From Desulfomicrobium sp. (lineage in GTDB: Bacteria > Desulfobacterota > Desulfovibrionia > Desulfovibrionales > Desulfomicrobiaceae): a DNA stretch of 64,000 nt. The translations under genes and the position numbers were made by a program. How positions within the stretch are numbered: the stretch's first letter is position 1; each line of letters opens with the position of its first letter. The DNA lies in the NCBI GenBank assembly GCA_040768745.1, contig JAXGMI010000003.1, positions 202,333 through 266,332 on the forward strand. Reading direction: 5' to 3'. The notes below the pieces were generated by a model. That model searched no databases. It was not told where the DNA came from and saw only the letters and a list, made by a program, of their open reading frames with translations. Shown piece after piece: positions 39,492 to 48,208 of this stretch.

Positions 39492-40340
39492 GTGAAGAAA
39501 TTCTCGTTTATGGTTAGCTTGCTGATGGGGCTGGGTGTCCTGCTTCTGACCTGGCCAGACCACGCCTGTTCCGCCCGCATGGGTGGTGGGAAGTCCTTTG
39601 GGAGCAGGCCATCCTATTCCCAGAAATACCAGAAACCCGCTCCTGCGCCTGCTTCCCCGACCCAGCAGGCTGCGCCTGCCGGTTCCCCCATGGGAGGGCG
39701 CGGCATGTTCGGCGGCCTCCTGGGCGGCATGCTCATGGGCGGCCTCCTGGGATCCCTCTTTTTCGGCGGCCCGTTCACAGGCCCCTCCCTCGTGGACATC
39801 CTGCTCATCGGCGGCGGCCTGTTCCTGCTTTTTCGCTTTCTGCGCAGCCGGCAGCCGGCCATGCAGACCCCGGGCAGTCCTGCGCGGGACAGGAGCCCTG
39901 GAGGGGCATGGGACACCTTGCGCTCGGCGCAGTCCTCCCCCCAGTCCCCGAGTTCTCGCGTCCCGGCGGGATTTGACGAACAGGAGTTCCTGGACGGCGC
40001 CAAGGCCGCCTACACCCGCCTGCAGGCAGCGTGGGACGCACGCGATCTGGAGGACATCCGCCAATTCACCTCCGACGAGGTTTATGCGGAGATCCAAGCC
40101 CAGACTGCCACAGACCCCAATCCTGGCCGCACGGAAATTCTTCTGCTGGAAGCCCGGCTGCTGGAAGTGAACACCCTGGGCAACCAGACCGTGGCCACCG
40201 TTCTTTTTGACGCCATGCTGCGCGAAGGTTCTGCCCACAAGCAGGCCGAACAGGTCCGCGAGGCGTGGCATTTCAGCCGCTACGAAACAGGCGGCAGCTC
40301 GCACTGGGTCGTGGAAGGCATCCAGCAGCTGGAGCGGTAG
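39492..40340 (+). CDS. Tim44 domain-containing protein
   Basis: ARMGGGKSFGSR, Gly-rich TM, GFDEQEFL.GAK.AY..LQ.AWD, WVVEGIQQ; GTG start after AGGAGG. Confidence 0.88.
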   Translation: MKKFSFMVSLLMGLGVLLLTWPDHACSARMGGGKSFGSRPSYSQKYQKPAPAPASPTQQAAPAGSPMGGRGMFGGLLGGMLMGGLLGSLFFGGPFTGPSLVDILLIGGGLFLLFRFLRSRQPAMQTPGSPARDRSPGGAWDTLRSAQSSPQSPSSRVPAGFDEQEFLDGAKAAYTRLQAAWDARDLEDIRQFTSDEVYAEIQAQTATDPNPGRTEILLLEARLLEVNTLGNQTVATVLFDAMLREGSAHKQAEQVREAWHFSRYETGGSSHWVVEGIQQLER

Positions 40341-40566
40341 CCATGCCTGAGGATACGATCAGCTGCCCGATCTGCGGCCATCCCGCACGCATCAGCGGCA
40401 GGTGAGCCACGGCGCGCATCTTGTGCGGGTTCTGCATGAGTGACGTCCTGGCCGCCCATCATCGGGACGCCATCGAGGCCTACAAAGAAGCGCTTATTGC
40501 CGGCGCCAATCCTGACCAGACGCCGGAACATAGAATTGTCACACTCAATTGCGAAAGGGAGCAACC

Positions 40567-41319
40567 ATGAAACGCATCGTCACCCTGACCATCCTGTTCT
40601 GTTCCATTGCCTCCTCCGTACTGGCCGCAAATCCCGAGGATGCGCTCAAGGCCCTGAACCTTGGCAACCAGAAGTACGTTCTGGAGCAATCCATGGAAGG
40701 CGGACCGCTGGCTGCCGTCATTGTCGATCCGACCGTAAGCGCATCTCCTGCTGCCCTGTTCGGGCTTGCGGGTACCCAGCTGATCGCGGCCAAAACCGAT
40801 GGCACAGGGCTGGAACAGGCCCTGGGGGCCCCCCTGATTCTCATCCTCGGGACCGAGGAAAATGCCGTGTGGGCAGTCTATGCCGAAGTGCTGAAGTCCT
40901 CCGCAGATCTGATCCACGCAGTGCTCAAAGGAAAGACCGTCATCCAGGGCGCTGTCCTGACCCCTTCCACTGGCGAGGTGAAAATCCTGGGCTCCCATCC
41001 CGATCTTGTGATCATGGCCGCCCAGCACGTCCTGGGCACCCCAGCCCAGCCTGCTCCAGCTGACGCGACGCCCGCCCCCCCAGCAATGGAAAACCCCGCT
41101 GCCGGGGAATCCCCTGCAGCCCAAACCCAGGCCGATCCCGCACCGGAAGCGGCACAAGGTGAAAGCCATGCGACGCCGGTCCAAGCCGACCAGAACGCTG
41201 CCACGGCAGAAAAGCACGAAGCGCCTGCCTCTGGCGGAGGGCCTGTCGGTGTCATCATTTTCATCCTGGCCCTCATCGCCGCCGTGGTTTTCATGGATAA
41301 AACCGTGCTGAAACCCTGA
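40567..41319 (+). CDS. Degenerate beta-carbonic-anhydrase-like exported protein with C-terminal TM anchor
   Basis: Signal peptide; PEDALKALNLGNQKY and GAVLTPSTGEVKILGSHP align to the neighbouring CA; Zn-ligand motifs absent. Confidence 0.65.
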   Translation: MKRIVTLTILFCSIASSVLAANPEDALKALNLGNQKYVLEQSMEGGPLAAVIVDPTVSASPAALFGLAGTQLIAAKTDGTGLEQALGAPLILILGTEENAVWAVYAEVLKSSADLIHAVLKGKTVIQGAVLTPSTGEVKILGSHPDLVIMAAQHVLGTPAQPAPADATPAPPAMENPAAGESPAAQTQADPAPEAAQGESHATPVQADQNAATAEKHEAPASGGGPVGVIIFILALIAAVVFMDKTVLKP

Positions 41320-41365
41320 ACCAGCTCATTCGATTTCTAAATGAGAATGATGCCCGAAAAAGTCA

Positions 41366-41483
41366 TGGGTTGCCACGCGCCCTGCGGTCGCACCCTGAAG
41401 GGTATGGACTCGCAATGACGAGAAACGACTCTCGTCATCGCGCAGGGCTCGACTTTTGCGAGGAGTCTTCGACGAAGCAATCC
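41366..41483. repeat. Inverted pair of REP-like palindromes (CGTCATTGCGAG...GCAATCC type), each with an 18-nt insert
   Basis: GGGTTGCCACGCGCCCTGCGGTCGC[18]TCGCAATGACG and CGTCATCGCG[18]AGGAGTCTTCGACGAAGCAATCC. Confidence 0.7.
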
Positions 41484-41735
41484 ACGCCTTTTGAAATTAC
41501 TGCTTTGATATAGAAATTGAATGACCAGCGGCGTGCAGGGACGACTTGCGCGCCGTTTTTTTTGGCATGACGCCCATGGCCTCGCGAAAGATGCATTCTT
41601 CCGATAGGGGGACGCCTTGAAATGCGAGAGAGGTTAGGATAAGCTTGTGCAACTTTTCCCGAGCGGCACGATGCGACGGCAGCGTCACACGCAGGGGGGG
41701 TGCACATCAATTTTCACAATTGCAGGGGGTTTCGC

Positions 41736-42812
41736 ATGTTCGTCAAACGTCTTGTCCTGATCGCGTTTTTCACCTTGGCGCCAATGGTGCTCATGGCCTC
41801 TTCCGAGGCAACCCATCCTGTCAGCCCGGAACAGGGGTTGCAGATGCTGGTTGACGGCAATCTTCGCTTTTCCCTGGGCCAGGCCGCCCGTCCCAATTCT
41901 GATTTCTCCCGCCGCCTGCTGACCGCGACCAAGGGGCAGGCCCCCTTTGCCACGATCATTGCATGCTCCGACTCCCGCGTTCCGGTGGAAATTCTGTTTG
42001 ACCAGGGCGTTGGCGATCTTTTCGTCATCAAAGTCGCCGGCAATGTGGCCGACATCGATGAAATCGGGTCCGCCGAATACGGCGTGGACCATCTCGGCAC
42101 GCCGGTGTTGATGGTTCTGGGTCATACCTACTGCGGCGCTGTCACGGCCGTGACAACGGGTGCCGAAGTCCATGGCGCCATTCCCCAGCTGGTGGACAAC
42201 ATCATTCCGGCCCTGGAGAAGGCAAAACATGAGCATCCCCAGGCTGAAGGCGCCGATCTCATTGCCAAGGTCACTGATGCGAACCTCTGGCAGGCGGTGG
42301 AGGATCTGCTGACCAAAAGCCATGCCATCTCTGCCCGCGCTGCGGCAGGCAAGGTTGCCGTTGTCGGGGCCATGTATGACATTTTGAGCGGCAAGGTCAC
42401 AATTCTGGGAACGCACCCCAGGCAGGCTGAACTCCTTGCTGGCGCCAGCCATGCAGCCCCTGCTGGACATGGCGCCCATCCAGCTCCCGCCGCAGCCGCA
42501 GGCCACGCCGAACCGGCCAAGGCTGCCGCCCATGCAGAACCGGCCAAGGCTGCCGCCCATGCAGAACCGGCCAAGGCCGCGCAGGCCCCCAAGCATGCCG
42601 AACCAGCGGCCGCCCACGGCGAACAGAAAGCCGCTCCGGCCAAGGCTGTCCACGAAGCGCCAGCAGCTGAAAAAAAGGGTGATCATGCCCAGGCCGCGCA
42701 GGCCGAGGAAAAATCCGGCGGCTTCGGGTTCATGTCGTTCATCATCTTCGTTCTCCTGCTCATCGGCGCGGTCATTGTCCTGGACAAGAAGGTGCTGAAC
42801 CCCGAAAAGTAG
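41736..42812 (+). CDS. Beta-class carbonic anhydrase, exported, with Ala/His/Pro linker and C-terminal TM anchor
   Basis: CSDSRVP, GDLFVIKVAGN, GSAEYGV, LGHTYCGAV; signal peptide. Confidence 0.93.
   Translation: MFVKRLVLIAFFTLAPMVLMASSEATHPVSPEQGLQMLVDGNLRFSLGQAARPNSDFSRRLLTATKGQAPFATIIACSDSRVPVEILFDQGVGDLFVIKVAGNVADIDEIGSAEYGVDHLGTPVLMVLGHTYCGAVTAVTTGAEVHGAIPQLVDNIIPALEKAKHEHPQAEGADLIAKVTDANLWQAVEDLLTKSHAISARAAAGKVAVVGAMYDILSGKVTILGTHPRQAELLAGASHAAPAGHGAHPAPAAAAGHAEPAKAAAHAEPAKAAAHAEPAKAAQAPKHAEPAAAHGEQKAAPAKAVHEAPAAEKKGDHAQAAQAEEKSGGFGFMSFIIFVLLLIGAVIVLDKKVLNPEK
42504..42584 (+). repeat. 27-bp coding tandem repeat x3 (HAEPAKAAA)
   Basis: Units start at 42504, 42531 and 42558. Confidence 0.9.
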
Positions 42813-43175
42813 CAGATCAGATCTCTCTTCATCCATCCGGGGAGGGCAACCTCCCCGGCCCCTTGACCGCCCCCCGCTGGGTGAGATCCGGCATGACCGC
42901 ACCCGGTTTTCCAATTCAGAGGCTTTTTCAGCATTCTCGACCCCCAGGACCCGCCACCGCAGCGCGTCCTTTGTCGCGAGGCCGCGACCCGTGGACGTCC
43001 CCGCCCTGCGCTGGTCCCTTGCTGTTCCTCAATCGGGCGCAGGGACTGGTCCCGGGGAGAGAGGGGGCAGCCCCTGCCAAGACATTCCGCGTTGCGGGCG
43101 TACTGTTGGCAGGTGGACAAAATTCTAAACGCAAAAAGGCTTACAAGAAAATTTCCTGCAAGCCTTTGTTTTTCC

Positions 43176-43252
43176 TGGTCGGGGCGACTGGACTCGAACC
43201 AGCGACCCTCGGTTCCCAAAACCGATGCGCTACCAAACTGCGCTACGCCCCG
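43176..43252 (-). tRNA. tRNA-Pro(TGG)
   Basis: CGGGGCGTAGCGCAGTTTGGTAGCGC...TT-TGG-GA...GGTTCGAGTCC...CGCCCCGACCA. Confidence 0.95.
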
Positions 43253-43354
43253 AAGAGCGAAATCACTACACATCCCGGCTTTGCACTGTCAACAGCTTTC
43301 TCCTGGAGAAACCTGATCCTGGACAGTTTCTGATTCCGACCGTAGACCCCAGCC

Positions 43355-44137
43355 ATGCCACCCGTCATCGCTCTGCTCACAGATTTCGGCCATGTGGACC
43401 CCTATGTCGGACAGATGAAAGGAACGATCCTCCAGCATGCCCCCGGGGCGGTCATCGTGGATCTTTGCCACGAGATCCTGCCGCACAATGCAGGACAGGC
43501 CGGATTCCTGCTCCAGGCCAGCCGCCACCACTTTCCCCGCAACGCCATTTTCGTCTGCGTCGTCGATCCGGAAGTGGGCTTTCAGCGCAACCTCCTCCTG
43601 GCCCGCCAGGCGGAGCAGCTTTTTCTGGCCCCCGACAACGGCCTGCTCAGCTTTCTTGGGGACCTGGAGACGTCCTGGTGGACGATCGAACCCGGCCCTG
43701 CAACCCCATGTCACACATTCCACGGCCGGGACATCCTGGCCCCGGCGGCTGGCAATCTGGCCATGGGCGCAGACCCTGCATCCCTGGGCAGACCCATGGC
43801 CCGGCCCGGAGTGAGGCGGTCTCCCATTTTCTGGGCAATCCCGGAAGACGACACCTTCCCTTGCCGCGTCCTGCATGTGGACCGGTTCGGCAACTGCCTG
43901 CTCAACCTGCGCAGTGCAGATTTTTCCATGACCGGACACCCCTGGCGCCTCGAAAACGGCACCCTTGTCAAGGAGGCCCGCACCTACGCCGACCTCGCTC
44001 CGGAGGAGTATGGCCTTCTGGCCGGCAGCCAGGGCGTCATGGAACTGGCCCTGAACCAGGATTCATGCGCGAGACGCCTCGGCCTCGCCCCCGGGGACGC
44101 GCTGCACCTGATCAGCACTCGACCGGGACGGCCATGA
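43355..44137 (+). CDS. SAM hydroxide adenosyltransferase (DUF62, chlorinase/fluorinase family)
   Basis: LLTDFG..D.YVG.MKG, VVDPEVG, APDNGLL, TFHGRDILAP, VDRFGN. Confidence 0.92.
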   Translation: MPPVIALLTDFGHVDPYVGQMKGTILQHAPGAVIVDLCHEILPHNAGQAGFLLQASRHHFPRNAIFVCVVDPEVGFQRNLLLARQAEQLFLAPDNGLLSFLGDLETSWWTIEPGPATPCHTFHGRDILAPAAGNLAMGADPASLGRPMARPGVRRSPIFWAIPEDDTFPCRVLHVDRFGNCLLNLRSADFSMTGHPWRLENGTLVKEARTYADLAPEEYGLLAGSQGVMELALNQDSCARRLGLAPGDALHLISTRPGRP

Positions 44138-44880
44138 AACCCCTGGCCGATTTCCATGTGGCCCTGACCTTCCTGACCCGCCTGGGCCGCGCCCGCCTGG
44201 TCAGCCCGGCGGACATCAGCGGATCCATGTCCATGTATCCCCTGGTCGGCGCCCTCATCGGTCTCATCCTCGCACTTGCATCTTTCGCGCCCCTCTCTCC
44301 TGCTGTCCTGGCCTGGATTCTGACCGGACTGAACCTGTATGTGACCCGCGGACTGCACTGGGACGGCTGGGCCGACCTTTGGGATGGCTGGGGGAGCGGG
44401 ACCGTGGGCGAGCGCTTCTGGTCCATTGTCAAGGACAGCCGCACCGGCGCCTTCGGGGTCATGGGGCTCGTCCTCGGCCTCGGGTTGCAATCCGCCCTTT
44501 TCGAACGCGCCCTGGCCAAAGGCGCATGGACGGCCCTGATCTGGGCACCGGTTTTCGGTCGTTTCTGCTGCCTGGTGCTGGCCCGCTGGGGCAGAGGCCT
44601 GGCCAGGCCGGGACTCGGCCAGAATGCGGCACACGGCGCGACGTCCCGGGCATTGTTCGGCGCGGGCGCCACCACCCTGCTGGCCGGCTGCCTCGTGCCC
44701 TGGCCGCAGGCCGCCGCAACCGTTGTGCTGGCAGTTTTCCCCCTGGTGGCCCTGATCCGCCTGGGCCGCCGTCAGAACGGCCTGAACGGCGATTTTCTGG
44801 GCGCTGCCATCATCGCCGGCGAACTTTGCGCCCTGCTGTCTCTCTGTCTCGTTTCCGACAGCGTTCAGGCGATCTTCTGA
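44134..44880 (+). CDS. cobS: Adenosylcobinamide-GDP ribazoletransferase
   Basis: FLTRL, TRGLHWDGWAD..DG, KDSRTGAFG, GLNGDFLGA. Confidence 0.92.
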   Translation: MKPLADFHVALTFLTRLGRARLVSPADISGSMSMYPLVGALIGLILALASFAPLSPAVLAWILTGLNLYVTRGLHWDGWADLWDGWGSGTVGERFWSIVKDSRTGAFGVMGLVLGLGLQSALFERALAKGAWTALIWAPVFGRFCCLVLARWGRGLARPGLGQNAAHGATSRALFGAGATTLLAGCLVPWPQAAATVVLAVFPLVALIRLGRRQNGLNGDFLGAAIIAGELCALLSLCLVSDSVQAIF

Positions 44881-45023
44881 TCCTGAATCCGCGAATCCCC
44901 CATTCACGACCGGGGGCCGGCCCCGGGCTTCATTGACCAGGATCCCTTTTTTTAGTAGCAGCGCCCGGAACGCTCGAACTAAGTGCGTACTCAGCGACGA
45001 TTTAATTTCTACAGGAGAATGCA

Positions 45024-46106
45024 ATGGACTTCCCGCAACTCAAGATCGGAGATCTTGTAGCTAAAATTCCCATTATTCAAGGCGGCATGGGGGTCGGTAT
45101 TTCCCTTTCCGGCCTGGCTTCAGCCGTGGCCAATGAAGGGGGAATCGGCGTCATCGCCGGAGCCATGATCGGCATGGGCGAACCGGACATTGGCAGCAAT
45201 TACCGCGAAGCGAACATCCGCGCCCTCCAGCGCGAGCTGCGCAGGGCCCGCGAATTGACCAGCGGCATTCTGGGCGTGAACATCATGGTCGCCCTGACCA
45301 ACTTCAGCGATCTGGTCAAAACCTCCATCAAGGAGGGCGCGGACATCATCTTCTCCGGCGCCGGGCTGCCCCTGGATCTGCCGTCCTACATCAAGGACGG
45401 AGCCAAAACCAAGCTTGTGCCCATTGTTTCCTCGGCCCGGGCCGCCACCATCATCTGCAAAAAGTGGCTGTCCAGGTTCAACTACCTGCCTGATGCCTTC
45501 GTGGTCGAAGGACCCAAGGCCGGCGGACATCTGGGATTCAAGCCCGAAGAGATCGACAACCCGCAGTTCGCCCTGGAGGAGATCGTGCCCCAGGTCATCG
45601 AGGCTGTGCGCGAATTCGAGGCCAAGGCCGAGAGGCCAATCCCTGTCATTGCCGCTGGCGGGATCTACGACGGCGCCGACATCCACAAGTTCCTGAAGAT
45701 GGGCGCGGCCGGCGTGCAGATGGGCACCCGTTTCGTGGCCACCCACGAGTGCGACGCGGACCTGAAATTCAAGGAGACCTACATCAACGCCAAAGAAGAG
45801 GACATCCAGATCATCCAGAGCCCGGTGGGTCTGCCCGGCCGCGCGATCGTCGGCTCATTCCTGGAAGATGTGCGGAAAGGCCTCAAAAAGCCTTTCAAAT
45901 GCCCTTTCCATTGCGTTTCCTCCTGCGATCATACCAAAAGCCCGTATTGCATTGCCCTGGCCCTGGTGAATGCCAAGAAAGGGCTTTTGAAACACGGCTT
46001 CGCCTTTGCAGGGGAAAACGCCTACCGGGTAAGCGCCATCGTTTCCGTCAAGGAGCTGATCGAGTCCCTGCGCAAGGGGTATGTCGAAGCGGCCGGCGCA
46101 GCCTAG
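45024..46106 (+). CDS. Nitronate monooxygenase / FabK-like flavin oxidoreductase
   Basis: PIIQGGMGVG, SGAGLP, EGPKAGGHLG, AAGGI, GVQMGTRF. Confidence 0.88.
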   Translation: MDFPQLKIGDLVAKIPIIQGGMGVGISLSGLASAVANEGGIGVIAGAMIGMGEPDIGSNYREANIRALQRELRRARELTSGILGVNIMVALTNFSDLVKTSIKEGADIIFSGAGLPLDLPSYIKDGAKTKLVPIVSSARAATIICKKWLSRFNYLPDAFVVEGPKAGGHLGFKPEEIDNPQFALEEIVPQVIEAVREFEAKAERPIPVIAAGGIYDGADIHKFLKMGAAGVQMGTRFVATHECDADLKFKETYINAKEEDIQIIQSPVGLPGRAIVGSFLEDVRKGLKKPFKCPFHCVSSCDHTKSPYCIALALVNAKKGLLKHGFAFAGENAYRVSAIVSVKELIESLRKGYVEAAGAA

Positions 46107-46130
46107 ATTCTTTTCAGCTCCGCCCCCCTC

Positions 46131-46158
46131 AAGCCCGGTCCCCTGACCGGGTTTTTTT
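46131..46158 (+). terminator. Rho-independent terminator
   Basis: CCCGGTC-CCCT-GACCGGG + T7. Confidence 0.8.
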
Positions 46159-46185
46159 GTGCACGCTTTTTGCTTGCCCACACCC

Positions 46186-46629
46186 ATGGCGCGATCCTTT
46201 CATTTCAAGCTGGAAAAGATCCTGGACTACCGTCGCCAGGCCGAGGATCAGGCCAAGCTGGCCTTGAGCCAAGCCAGGGCAGCGGTTCGGGACCAGGTCC
46301 GCCTGCTCGACCGGGTGGAAAAGGAGCTGTCCGCCTGTGTGGCGGAAATGTCCGCACCCAGACAGATGAGCCAGGCCGACCTGTGGCTCTGGTCAGGGTG
46401 GCGCAGCAGCCTGGAACTTGACAAAAATCTGGCACAGGCAAAACTCACCCAACTGGAACTGCAGGCCGAGGCCCGGCACAAGGATCTGGTCACCAAATCC
46501 ATGCAGCGAAAGCTCCTGGAAAAACTGAAGGCCAAACAGGCGGAAAAACATGAACACGAAGAACAGCGCGCGGAGCAGAACGCCTGCGACGAAGCCGCGA
46601 CCCTCCGTCACGGGCGAACGTCTTTCTAG
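46186..46629 (+). CDS. fliJ: Flagellar export protein FliJ
   Basis: FHFKLEKILDYR...RKLLEKLK...EQ...DE coiled coil. Confidence 0.85.
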   Translation: MARSFHFKLEKILDYRRQAEDQAKLALSQARAAVRDQVRLLDRVEKELSACVAEMSAPRQMSQADLWLWSGWRSSLELDKNLAQAKLTQLELQAEARHKDLVTKSMQRKLLEKLKAKQAEKHEHEEQRAEQNACDEAATLRHGRTSF

Positions 46630-47200
46630 GCTGGCCCAGGCAATGGCCGTGCTGGCCCTGATCAAGCTGACGGTCATCTCCTTCCTGTGGATCACTCCCC
46701 GCTTCCCGCCCAGTCCCATCCTCGAACCCATGGTCATTCGCCAGGCCATGGCCGCCACGAACCCTGCCCCAGCCGAACGTCCCGTGCCGGGGCCGGCACC
46801 GTCCCCCATGGACAATGCCACGTCCGCCCAGGCTCAGGGTCCTCAAAGCACGGAACAGGCCCTGGACAAACGTGAGCGGGATCTCAGGATCCTGGAGGCC
46901 GAAGTGAACCAGAAGCTGGAAACCCTGCGTGCCCTGGAGATCAAAGTTCAATCCCTCCTCGACTCGGCCAAAGCCCTCCGGGAGGAAAAAATGCAGCACC
47001 TCGTCGATGTCTACTCGAACATGAAGCCCAGACAGGCGGCCCAGGTACTGGAGAATCTGGAAGAATCCATCGCTGTCAAGATCCTGGCAGGCATGACCGG
47101 GCGCAAGGCCGGTGAAGTCCTTTCCGCCGTCAGACCCGACAAGGCGGCCCAGCTCTCGACCGCCCTGACCAGGCTCCAGACCACCGCCAAAGGAAACTAG
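46550..47200 (+). CDS. MotE/FlbB-like (MgtE-N-like) flagellar protein
   Basis: TM, coiled coil, LVDVYSNMKPRQAAQVLE; follows fliJ; start uncertain. Confidence 0.75.
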   Translation: MNTKNSARSRTPATKPRPSVTGERLSRLAQAMAVLALIKLTVISFLWITPRFPPSPILEPMVIRQAMAATNPAPAERPVPGPAPSPMDNATSAQAQGPQSTEQALDKRERDLRILEAEVNQKLETLRALEIKVQSLLDSAKALREEKMQHLVDVYSNMKPRQAAQVLENLEESIAVKILAGMTGRKAGEVLSAVRPDKAAQLSTALTRLQTTAKGN

Positions 47201-47201
47201 C

Positions 47202-47942
47202 ATGCCGCGCATCCGCCTGACCCTGGCCTACGTCGGAACGCGCTACCGGGGATGGCAGATCCAGAACAACGGGATGACCATCCAGGGCGTCCTGGAAGAG
47301 ACCCTGTCCCGGATCTGCGAGGAGCCCATCCGGGTGCATGGATCAGGACGCACGGACTCGGGCGTGCACGCCCTGGGCCAGGTGGCCCATTTCGACGCTC
47401 CAGGGGCCAAGGCCCGCATCCCATGGCAGAAGGCCCTCAACTCCATGCTTCCGGACGACATCGCCGTGCTGGATGCCCGTGAGGCAGGCCCCGAATTCCA
47501 CGCCCGCTTTTCGGTCCGCTCCAAGCGCTACAGCTACACCATCTGGACAGAGCCGGGCTACGTCCTGCCCCAGCGCAGCCCCTTTGTCTGGCCAGTGCGG
47601 GGCATCGACCTGGAGGCCATGGACCTGGCCGCTGCGCACTTGGCCGGGACCCACGACTTCGCGGCCTTCCAGAACGCAGGAACCGAAATCAAGGGCACTG
47701 TGCGCACCCTGCAGCCCATCGTACGCACAAAGGGAATGTGGCCGTCGGAATGGGTTTTTGTCTTTCAGGCCGACGGATTTCTCAAGCAAATGGTCCGCAA
47801 CCTGATGGGTCTTCTGGTGGAGATCGGGCGGGGCGGCATGGGTTCTGCCGATGCCCAGGCTGTCCTCAATGGCCTCGACCGCCGGCGGGCCCCGGCCACG
47901 GCCCCGCCGCAGGGACTCTGCCTGGACGAAGTCATCTACTGA
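47202..47942 (+). CDS. truA: tRNA pseudouridine(38-40) synthase
   Basis: GWQIQ, GSGRTDSGVHALGQ, FHARFS, GFLKQMVR, TAPPQGL. Confidence 0.96.
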   Translation: MPRIRLTLAYVGTRYRGWQIQNNGMTIQGVLEETLSRICEEPIRVHGSGRTDSGVHALGQVAHFDAPGAKARIPWQKALNSMLPDDIAVLDAREAGPEFHARFSVRSKRYSYTIWTEPGYVLPQRSPFVWPVRGIDLEAMDLAAAHLAGTHDFAAFQNAGTEIKGTVRTLQPIVRTKGMWPSEWVFVFQADGFLKQMVRNLMGLLVEIGRGGMGSADAQAVLNGLDRRRAPATAPPQGLCLDEVIY

Positions 47943-47972
47943 GACCGCCCTGTCCCTTCGGACGGGACAACT

Positions 47973-48206
47973 TCATGCCGGGATCTTGGTCCCGGCAGAG
48001 GTGAAGGCCTTGGCGTTCATCTTGATGAACTGCCCCTTGTCGATGCCCACGGCCTTGCCGCACGGACACCAGACCTTGCCGTCCCGCTCCTCCATGTTCC
48101 AGACCCGTTCGATCCGGTCCCGGTGGCACCGGAGCACCTCACCAGGCCCCAGCTTGCGATAGCGCCACAACTTTCTGCGGCATGCGGCGCACTTGATGAC
48201 CAGCAT
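47973..48206 (-). CDS. Small Cys-rich (putative Zn-ribbon) hypothetical protein
   Basis: CAAC...CH...CPCG; starts 2 nt after the lactonase-family stop. Confidence 0.7.
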   Translation of the reverse strand: MLVIKCAACRRKLWRYRKLGPGEVLRCHRDRIERVWNMEERDGKVWCPCGKAVGIDKGQFIKMNAKAFTSAGTKIPA

Positions 48207-48208
48207 CG

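Noticed and set aside
42900..43170. Island scar or MITE downstream of tRNA-Pro
   Set aside because: Only a terminator-like hairpin and weak GC palindromes; no paired ends, att duplication or integrase
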